Positions 23,433 to 32,000 of a stretch of DNA of 32,000 bases are shown piece by piece. Below the pieces are notes generated by a model that saw nothing but the letters and a program-made list of their open reading frames with translations, was not told the DNA's origin and searched no databases. Every line of letters starts with the position of its first letter. Position 1 is the first letter of the stretch. The stretch comes from Wallemia ichthyophaga EXF-994 (lineage: Eukaryota > Fungi > Basidiomycota). The DNA is taken from positions 165,680 to 197,679 of the forward strand of contig NW_008806291.1 in the NCBI RefSeq assembly GCF_000400465.1, read 5' to 3'. The position numbers and the translations under genes were made by a program.

Positions 23433-24300
23433 ATGCGTTTCACATCAGCAACAGTCGCGGCAGTTTCAGCACTCATGGTAAGCAGTGCAGCTATGCCTGG
23501 AGCCCATGAACAAGGACACGGCCAGCAAATGGGCCAGCACCATCACTTTGGTCACGACGAGCATGGTCCACATGGACTAGAGGGGGATTTCGACATAGGA
23601 CATGGACATGGACATGGACATGAGCACGAACACGACCACCACGTGAGTAGTCAATGATGATTACTGAGTACCTTCTAACACATGCTAGAAACGCAAGACT
23701 GGAAAATTTGCAAATATGTTAGGCATCCCTGCTCAAGATGGTATTGGAGCTAACCGTGGCGGTAGGAATGGCGGAGGACATCGCAGTGGTGGTCGCAACA
23801 ACTACAATTACGACAAGAGACATTTGCACGAGGAGGATCACGATCAGTTCCATGGACACGAGCACGGTCATAAGAGAGGCGGAAAGGGTGAGCACGGTGA
23901 GCACGGTGAGCACGATCACCACGATCACCATGAACATCATGAGCACGGTCCTAGAAATATCGGTAAGGGCCTTGGTGAACACGATCACGATCACCACGAT
24001 CATCACGATAAACACCACGGTGAGCCACACCACCAAAAGAGAGGCGAGCATGGTAAACACCACGAGCACCATGACATGCACCATGGCAAGCCACACCACA
24101 AGAGGGGCGAAGAACACAATGAGCACCACCACGACAAAGAGGGCAAGAAAGAGGGCAAGAAAGGCAAGATGACACAGCACGAATTTGACAGACGCGCTGG
24201 ACGCGATCACCATGATCACCACTCAGGCGCTATGAGTATGCTCACAAGCCCATTCGTTCTCGTCGGTTCTGCAGTGATTGCATTGTTCAACTTTAACTAA
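23433..24300 (+). CDS. His-rich secreted, probably GPI-anchored, Lys-Arg-segmented protein A; 2 exons, 273 aa
   Basis: Signal peptide MRFTSATVAAVSALMVSSAA; intron 23643-23688; about 62 His of 273 by hand count; five KR sites plus RR; C-terminal SGA followed by hydrophobic tail MSMLTSPFVLVGSAVIALFNFN. Confidence 0.88.
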
Positions 24301-24736
24301 AAGAATAAGGCTAAAGTCTTAATGGCTTATGTGGAGTTGCCTGGCTAGCTAACTAGTTAACAAGCTAATTAAATATCTTATTTATTTTCTCATCGACAGA
24401 TATAATGTACATATCTCCTTAATAATTATTCATTTTATCTACTATAATTTTAGTTGTGTTTGTTTTTGTGTTGTGTTTGTTTTTCAATTCTTTGATTTCA
24501 GACATTCATTAATACACTGATATATGGATACAGGGATACATAATTACACAAATACACGGATACAAACCTAACGCCTGTCTTTTACTTTAAATTATACTAG
24601 CCATGTTGAAATTTTGCGATTGGTTCGAAAACACGCCAAAAAGACAGACAGATCTAACTTAAATGTTTAAGTTATCACATTCTTCAATCTTTACTTTGCC
24701 AAGAGGAGAATTGACCAATAAGAGACAGGCATAGCG

Positions 24737-24861
24737 ATGACAAGAATGCCGAGTGAGGAATGTCATGCCATGACAGGCCAAGACATATGTGGGGAGACGC
24801 GAGAATGGGTATGACAGAGCACGGACTTGAGAATGCGAGTGGGAATGAGATTACTATAAAA
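24737..24861 (+). promoter_or_regulatory. Promoter of His-rich gene B: five RGAATG sites, four ATGACA/TGTCAT sites and TATA box
   Basis: RGAATG at 24743, 24757, 24802, 24830, 24842; ATGACA at 24737, 24770, 24811 and TGTCAT at 24761; TATAAAA 24855. Confidence 0.6.
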
Positions 24862-24922
24862 GCCCACTGTCCTTAACTCTCTAACACAACAACAACACAG
24901 TTATCTATCACTCCAAGCTAAA

Positions 24923-25803
24923 ATGAAATTATCAGTCGCATCTATCGCATTCGTCGCAGCTGTCGCATCTACTTCATACGCTGCACCTCAACCAGGACAC
25001 GGCCATGAACATGGAATAGAGCACGGACATGGGCATGGACATGCAGGTGAACACGGTCACTTTGTGAGTTTGTCTTAGTATAGACAAGTGTACCATGCTA
25101 AATTGTTCCATAGGCTCGCTTCGAAGGTCTTCACCCACACGGATACCACAAAGAGCATCACGACGAGCACCACAAGAGAGGCGAGCATGGCAAGCATGGC
25201 AAGCACGGTGAACATCACGATGAGCACCATGGACACAACAAACTCGGTGAGCACCACAAGAGAGGCGACCACCGTGAGCACCACGATATGCAGCACCACG
25301 AACCAAACCACCACGAGCCACATCACGTAAGAGGCGAGCATGGTGAGCACCACGAGCACCATGACATGCACCATGGCAAGCCACACCACAAGAGAGGCGA
25401 TGAACACCACGGACATGTCGACTTGGACCACCACGAACGCCCTCACGAGCACCACCACAGAGACTTGAAAGACGAGAAGGACCACGACCACCACCACGGC
25501 CACGGACACCACGACGACAAGCAGAAGAGCGAGATGGACACTGCACAGAAGCTGAACAACCTGGACAGCACTGCGAACAAAAACGACAACGAGGATGCTA
25601 AGAACGATACCAACCAGAATGCTAATAAGGCAACAACTGACACCAACAAGGCTAAAGCAACTGGCACGACTGAGGATACCAAGAAACAGCAAGCACTGGA
25701 TAGCTTGAACAAGGATGATGACAAATCAGGCGCAATGGCTAGCCTTCTCTCGCCATTAGCACTGATTGTGAGCACTGCGATTACCATCATGCAGTGGAAC
25801 TAA
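24923..25803 (+). CDS. His-rich secreted, probably GPI-anchored, Lys-Arg-segmented protein B (paralog of A); 2 exons, 276 aa
   Basis: Signal peptide MKLSVASIAFVAAVASTSYA; intron 25064-25113; about 60 His of 276; HH-KR-G(E/D) three times; His-free N/D/T/K/A stalk; C-terminal SGA followed by MASLLSPLALIVSTAITIMQWN. Confidence 0.88.
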
Positions 25804-26012
25804 TGAGGAGGATGCGTCAAAACCAATCAAAGCAACCATATCAGCTGTTTCTAATCATTTCTAACTAATTTTTAGCTTCTCTGGGATCATCTCTCAAAAC
25901 CTTTCATACTTCTAATATTAACTAATGTTAAACAAAGACGATACATTCATCTTCAGATTCCTTTTCTTTTGCATTTGGCATAGTTCTATATTTCCTATTT
26001 TCCACGCGATAC

Positions 26013-27639
26013 TCACACCGCTACAGTAGCCAACCTTCTCATTTGAATTTCCTTACGGATCTCCTCAATTTCCTCAACAAGGTAGCCTTCGAGGGCGCTA
26101 TCTTTTCCGTAACCAATTTGTGTCTCCATTCTCGATTCATCGAGAGCCAGAACGCATTTTTCGAGCTTATCAACGACCGCCAACTCCATCATGTTCCTCT
26201 CTTCACCGCTATCGGCCAGCATCTGTTTGGCGACTTCAGCGAGGGTGAGTGCGCGTATGGGATGTCCATATGGTAGGATCAGTTTCAGCGCCCCAACTGT
26301 CTTTCTGCCCAACTCGACGGTGAGTCTTGGCGCCCATGTCGGCATGTTGTCTAGTTGGGCGATAGTGATCATGATAGCGAAGCAAACGCGCAGATAGCGC
26401 ACTCGCACTCTCGACGCAGGAGCGTAAGCGCTTTCGACAGTGTCATAGTAAGGCTGCAAACGCTGGAATGCGCGTAGAGGGTCTGGTGGGGTGTATGTTA
26501 GTGTGAGAGACGCATTCAATGATTCTCATACACACCATCAAAATAGAACTTTTCAGCCGCATTCACTGTGTTGAGTAGTGTATCTTTATCTACATTCCCA
26601 CTCCCTTCATTATTATCCTTTGGACACTCGCCAATATCAAACCTATACTGCTTCCACAAAGCATCGCGCTGCATGTCCCATGGGAGGGTCTGATCGACGT
26701 AGCTAGTTGTGATTTCCTGGCCCTTTTTTACGTCTTTGAAGAGCACAACACTGAGAGTGTCATCAGCGCGAGTGAACTGAGACGTGCAATTCGGGTGCAT
26801 GTCATGATTAACGAGCGCGGCAAGGGGAGCGATTGCGACGCCGACAGCATCTGAGTTCTGCAGAGCAAAAGCGTTTGTCTGTATTTTATTCAACAGACGC
26901 ATAGCGTAGGGTATGGAAACATCCACGTCGCTGTTCTGCAGCCTACTCACTTCGCCCTTAGTGAAATACAGTGCGAATTGTCTCACTCGCTCGCCCAGCC
27001 CTACTTTATCTTCTTCTGAGAGGAGGTCGTATGTTTCGTGGAGCCCATCGAGTTGCTTCTCCCAGTCAGTATCACCGTCTGCGCGCTTGCAGTCGCGCAT
27101 CCACACCAGTCTCGCCATAAGGCGAATGGAATCCTCAGGGGTGGTTTTAGCTGCTCGCAGACACTCACACTCCCGCTTGTGCACCGGCCAGTCTAGCCTT
27201 TGGGCGTGCTTGGAAATGTAGTGTGTCTTCTTGCAGAGGGAACAGCGGGCGAGAGGAGGCTTGCCGTGTGTGCCACCGGGAATGGCGGTGTATGAGCAGT
27301 GTTTGTCCAGGTATGAGTGCTCGAGTGCTATCATTGTCGCTTTGGTGGATAGGACGGTGGTACCTGGAGGATTTGAGCGGTGAGCAAAGAACAATGATCG
27401 GCGCTCGACCCACCTCGCTTTATATCACGACGCGCAAACACACCACGACCTTTTGTCGACGTCTGCTCTACTTGGATGTCATCGTTGAGGATGCTTATCG
27501 GGCGATTAATGGGATTAATGGGATTATCATCGGTGGGTTTCTTATCAGAGGCGATATCATCCGTGACATCATCTATCTTATCACGCTGCTGCTGCTTCAA
27601 CCTTGCGCTTCTCTTGGCTGCCAAATCGGAGAAGCTCAT
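26013..27639 (-). CDS. SMYD-type SET and MYND domain protein, 3 exons, 507 aa
   Basis: Introns 27413-27364 and 26535-26483 (1524 nt). KGRGVFA, degenerate MYND (CSLC..HKREC), NAF, NH..PNC, GQEITTSY, helical C-terminal domain. Confidence 0.85.
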
Positions 27640-27725
27640 TGGTGGTATAGGAATAAGAGGAGTAAAGAGAAATGTATAAATGTTCATGTGTAAAATACAA
27701 TTTATATTTTAATCTTCAAACGCCC

Positions 27726-30111
27726 TCAAATACGCGCTGCCTTTTCAAATGCAATGGCGTCTTTGAATGATCTTCCAAGGAAATCTGGCTGCTTGACTTG
27801 ATAGATTCTCACCAGCCAGTTCTCTGAAGTGAAAGCTTCTTCGAGGGATTCAAGCTGTGGGCCCTTTTTAGGCAGCTGAATTTGTCTCACTCGGTCAACC
27901 GCAGGTCTTGAACCGAACAATTCAGCGAATCTGTGATAAACCATCTTGTAGAGCACGCTGTTCTTCATTGCAGGTGCTGCACCTTCATCCATCCTGAACT
28001 CGCCTCTAGGTGTAAAGTAATCACGCTCGTGAATTTCATCTGGCCAGACACCCTCTGAGATCCTAACCATCCAGAGGAACTTGTTGATGTCATCGCCAGA
28101 GTACCCCAGCAACCCACCAAACACAACGAGCAGATGTGTGACGTCGTGTTTGCGCAGTATGTCATAGCTCACTTCTTCAGGCGACGCCATTATCTTTCCT
28201 ACAGTGGCAATATGCGTGTTGTTCCATGTGTTGTTATCAACCAGTGTAGTCCTGCCAGCCATACCAGCCAATTGATAACCGTAATCCCACCAACTACCAA
28301 CGACGGCATCTTCCGACGTTGTCTGGTTTAGCCAGTTGTACGCTTCTCTGAAGTCATCGATGTAGAGCGTTTCACCTTGTGGCGTCTTTGATGCTAGAAC
28401 CACGGATGGTGAGGAGTAAGCGTTAGAAGTCACCCATGTTGAGTGGAAGACAAAGAAGATCAACATGAGCACCACGTTGATCAACACAACGAGGCGTGCA
28501 TCAGGCGCTCTAATGCCTGCCTTTTCTTGCATTTTTTCTATCACCTTCTCCCTGGTAGATGAGATGGATGTGTCTTTCTTTGTTTTTTTGTTTTTTGGAG
28601 TGAAGGCTTTTTGCGAGGTATTATGCGAGACGTTGTGTTGAGTGTTATGGTCGGTCTCCTTGTTCTCCACCTGATGCTCCCCTTCAACGTCAGGATCTTG
28701 TATGTAATTGTCCAGGAGTGTAGAGAGGGCAACAGCAGCAGCCACACAGACGATTGGAGTGAGAGTGAGCATCAGTCTCACCATAACACTAGCAAAGTAA
28801 CTTCCAAAGACAGCGTAGATGATAACAAAAACGCTAGCCTCTCCCTTGATACTATCGGACAGACGATGGAAGCAGAAGAAGACGCCGGCCGGGAAGAGGT
28901 AAATGAGCATCTGCAGATCAAAGAAGAATGATGGCCAGGAGGTGGGTTGGTGTTCGGAGACGGAAGCAACGATTGGAATATGTACCTTTGCATAACCGGT
29001 ATCCCAAAGAGAGTAGAATCTGCCAGTCCATGGAGCAATAACACCCTTGTGCGATGCCAAGGCCATAGCAGCGACACCAACGACAAATCCTAAGACCAAA
29101 ACAGACCTCAAGAGGGTGTCGAATTGCTGCTTTGATGGGAGGTGCTGACGGATGAGAGTGGAGAAGGCAATCAACTGGAGCAAACCAAATACACCCAATG
29201 CTGCCATGTGGTCAGCCGTTCCAACAGGATTGAAACCAACGAACGGAACTTGCATCGATGCTAGAGTACCGATTGTGTAGAAAGAGCAGTAGGAAATGTA
29301 GAGACGAGGGGAATATCTGCCCATCAAAACCAAGACGAAAGCGTGAAGAGGGATCATGTTGATAATGAAAGCATATCCACCCCATGCGGATACCATATAG
29401 TAGTAAGACATTGCAGTGATTGCACCCCAGAACGCACTGCCAAGACGAAGAGACTTGACCCAGAGGTAAAAAGTGAACATGAGGAGGAAGATAGCGATAG
29501 CTTCGTTGTCGTAAGATCCAGCAACTGATCTAGATATGTAACCGGGAACGATGGCGATAAAAATGGCAGCTAACAGACCAGCTCTAGCGTCTTTAACTTC
29601 TTTGGTGAAAAGGTAGGTCGTGTAAGCAGTAAGAGCAGAGAAAGCGGGGGCGAGTAAGACGCAGATGTTTCTTATGTCGAGGGGGATGTTTATGGAGTGA
29701 AGAATGTTGTGGATGAGACCGGAAGTGAGCATTAGGCCTGGGTAGAGGGTGCCACCTGTTGCCCTGCCAAGGGGGTACCTGGAATTAGAGTAATTTGGTT
29801 ATTTGGTGTGCCTTGCGAAATGTCTCAATGACCCACCACGACGTGTTATCATACCAGTTCCAAAAATGTTTGAAGCCGTGGTTTACGAGTACTTTAGTGG
29901 CACGGCTGAGATTTGAATATTAATCGGGCTATCAAATGACAGAAGCCACCCACAAATTGAACCACGGATCAAACTCATGGATAATCGACTCATGCCTGAT
30001 TACACTAAATAAGCGTGAGCTAATAGCAGCGCCTGCTATAGCCAAGAGGGTGAATAGCTTTAGAAGGCTTTTTAGGGTGTTGTTTGTGTTATTTGCAGCA
30101 CTCCCCGCCAT
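27726..30111 (-). CDS. STT3: Oligosaccharyltransferase catalytic subunit Stt3, 3 exons, 759 aa
   Basis: Introns 29953-29906 and 29836-29779 add the N-terminus (IHEFDPWFN, WYPLGR, GGTLYPG). SRSVAGSYDNE, SVSEHQP, WWDYG, DINKFLWM. Confidence 0.97.
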
Positions 30112-30133
30112 GAATGTTCTTCCTGAGGTTGAA

Positions 30134-30145
30134 ACGTTGCAACGT
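30134..30145. promoter_or_regulatory. Perfect 12-bp palindrome ACGTTGCAACGT in the 36-nt STT3/PDI divergent gap
   Basis: The sequence is its own reverse complement and holds two ACGT cores; function is inferred. Confidence 0.45.
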
Positions 30146-30147
30146 CA

Positions 30148-31011
30148 ATGAAATTATCAATTTTAGCTTATAATTTGATAGTGGCAGTAGCTGTGGCTGG
30201 TGTGGTGCAGCTAGACAGCAGCTCATTCAACCAAGCCATTCTATCCAACGATTATTCAACTTCATTCGTCGCTTTCACTGCTCCGTGGTGTGGACACTGC
30301 CAGAGACTACACGCACCCCTAAACCAGGCTGCAAATAGCTTGGATGGCTTAGTCTCTTTTTACAACGTGGTCTGTCTCTTGTTCACGCCACGGCACTTCC
30401 CTCACCCCCAAACAGAACTGCGACGACTCAAAAAACTCAAACATTTGCTCAAAATACAATGTGAAAGGGTTCCCCACGCTGAAAATGTTCAATCGCGGAT
30501 CTAAATCACCCCCAAAAGACTACAACGGTGAGCGTACTTCTGCGGCTATATCGGAGTGGGCGGGGAGAGAAATGAGGAATGTGGTTAGTCGATTGGGTGA
30601 CTACGGTGCTCTCCAATCGTGGCTCAATAAGGACACACACTCCCCCCACATACTCGTATACACTGCCAAATCATCCACACCCACTCTCCTTAAAGCTTTA
30701 GGTCTGAAATTCCCAGGTGCTAAATTTGGAGTGATGAAGTCCACATCACGTAATGCTGAAGTTAAGGATGCTTTAGGGTTAGGTGAGAATGATATACCCG
30801 CCCTATTCGTAATCACAGATGGCTCTATTGAGAATGCTGAAAGATATCAAGGTTTGTTGTAATTTGGAGTTTCTACACTTTCTTAACGTTCTGACACACT
30901 TTAGGCAAATTGAAATATAAACCACTTAACCAATACCTACAACAAACACTGCCATCTCAATCGAAAACACCTCTTTCAAACGACTCAAAGAAGCCTAGAA
31001 CTGAGTTGTGA
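30148..31011 (+). CDS. Protein disulfide isomerase family protein (Mpd1/PDIA6-like), 3 exons, 254 aa
   Basis: Signal peptide, APWCGHC active site, KGFPTLK, DYNGERT; introns 30370-30415 and 30852-30904; C-terminal RTEL* as an ER-retention variant. Confidence 0.9.
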
Positions 31012-31239
31012 GTTGAGTTTAACACCAACTCGATTATATGTTTCAATTTGTTGTAGTGAAAATTTTGCATGAAAGAGTGACATATTGACTCGGAGGCAAT
31101 TAGCCACAGCCCAACCAAAACAATGAGGAAGCTTTCATTAATGCGTGGAATAAGGGAAGAGGATTATGTCAAGTTGATTAGCGTTGATGGGTATGAGTAT
31201 TCAATAGAGACTGCCACACTCCGGCGCCACTCGACGATA

Positions 31240-32000
31240 ATGTCTACGCTTTTTACTGGGTATGGGGGATGTACGGGTAAGCAGGATAATCAAGATAAGC
31301 AGGAAGTGCAATTCATCCCTACGCACACCACCAACTCATCGATCACCACCCCCACCCGCTCGGCATTCGAGCATGACGACATGGAAGAACGCGGCACACT
31401 TGACACACAACCTATTATTGAAACACCCTCCGCACACACGCTCTCCCGCGTAGCCAGCAAGATACGCAACAAATGCACACCACTCTCTCACCAACGCTCC
31501 TCGTTCAGCGGTGGGAACAACAGCAACGGTAGTGGAGACAGTCACAAGGCGTATACACAGGCACAATCGAGCATGAGCACCGGTGGTATCGGTCTCATGA
31601 ACCGCTCAACCTCCTCTCTACCCTCACCACCACCACCCACTTGGCAGAAATTGCGGGGTGATTCTCCGAAACAGTCACAGTCACAGTCACAATCATGTTC
31701 ACGGTCACTGCCGCGTCCACAATCACATGTTTCACTCTACTCTGGCCACTCTAGCTACTCGCATTACTCAGGTATGAAAAATTTAGCAGCTGCATCGCAC
31801 GAGATAGTAAACACGCCGAGTATCCATAACTCTGCACAATCCGATCACTCAAAGCACTCAACTCACCCTGCTCTCCCCGGCCTGGCTGAGGCTATTGAGC
31901 CACACTGCCAGAACACGCAGGGTGCTCTACGGGCAGTGCCTGCGGTGCGCAGTCGGTGTGGTGCCTGGAGCGATGTCTATAGGTGTAAGGATGAGGATGG
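31240..32000 (+). CDS. 5' part of a gene with a Ser/His/Pro-rich disordered N-terminus, possibly a protein kinase
   Basis: Open frame from ATG 31240 (MSTLFTGYGG...) to the window end. The last residues (RCGAWSDVYRCKDED) loosely resemble kinase subdomain I, so the kinase call is tentative. Confidence 0.6.
   Translation, partial: MSTLFTGYGGCTGKQDNQDKQEVQFIPTHTTNSSITTPTRSAFEHDDMEERGTLDTQPIIETPSAHTLSRVASKIRNKCTPLSHQRSSFSGGNNSNGSGDSHKAYTQAQSSMSTGGIGLMNRSTSSLPSPPPPTWQKLRGDSPKQSQSQSQSCSRSLPRPQSHVSLYSGHSSYSHYSGMKNLAAASHEIVNTPSIHNSAQSDHSKHSTHPALPGLAEAIEPHCQNTQGALRAVPAVRSRCGAWSDVYRCKDED

Noticed and set aside
23719-25790. Long antisense and alternative-frame ORFs over the His-rich genes (for example 25075-25692 minus, 205 aa, hydrophobic; 23738-24172 plus, Thr-rich)
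   Set aside because: Expected shadows of CAC/CAT/GAG-rich codon usage (antisense GTG/ATG/CTC) with few stop-generating codons; no independent signals.
21943-27639. His-rich KR-repeat genes as a dikaritin-type RiPP biosynthetic cluster
   Set aside because: No DUF3328/UstYa oxidase, tyrosinase or other tailoring gene is nearby. The neighbours (SLC35F transporter, SMYD, STT3) look like housekeeping genes, and the GPI-like tails do not fit typical RiPP precursors.
1-32000. Transposons, CRISPR arrays, rRNA or prokaryotic operons
   Set aside because: No transposase or RT motifs, terminal repeats, spacer arrays or rRNA signatures seen; the DNA is clearly intron-containing eukaryotic sequence.

Overview
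Eukaryotic DNA from a very compact fungal genome with short 45-58 nt GT-AG introns. The gene content looks basidiomycete; Wallemia-like is an inference from compactness and intron size, not a search result. I reconstructed 17 protein-coding genes by hand, and every complete spliced model sums to a whole number of codons. They are a partial P/Q-rich gene, ADO1, RPT1, RIX1, VPS9, a triple-START tail-anchored protein, RNase H2 subunit C, NTO1/BRPF, ATS1/KTI13, mitochondrial EF-Ts, an SLC35F-type transporter, two His-rich proteins, a SMYD protein, STT3, a PDI-family protein and a partial gene at the right edge. There is also a tRNA-Arg(CCT) and a U1 snRNA that the ORF track cannot show. Highlights: (1) a tandem pair of secreted, probably GPI-anchored, ~22% His proteins cut into modules by Lys-Arg (Kex2-type) sites, sharing a 47-nt identical block and a common promoter motif grammar; (2) two head-to-head gene pairs whose start codons interlock in the same 7-bp ATG-N-CAT overlap, plus two more divergent pairs only 24 and 36 nt apart; (3) a SMYD protein that has lost the ligands of two of its three zinc sites.
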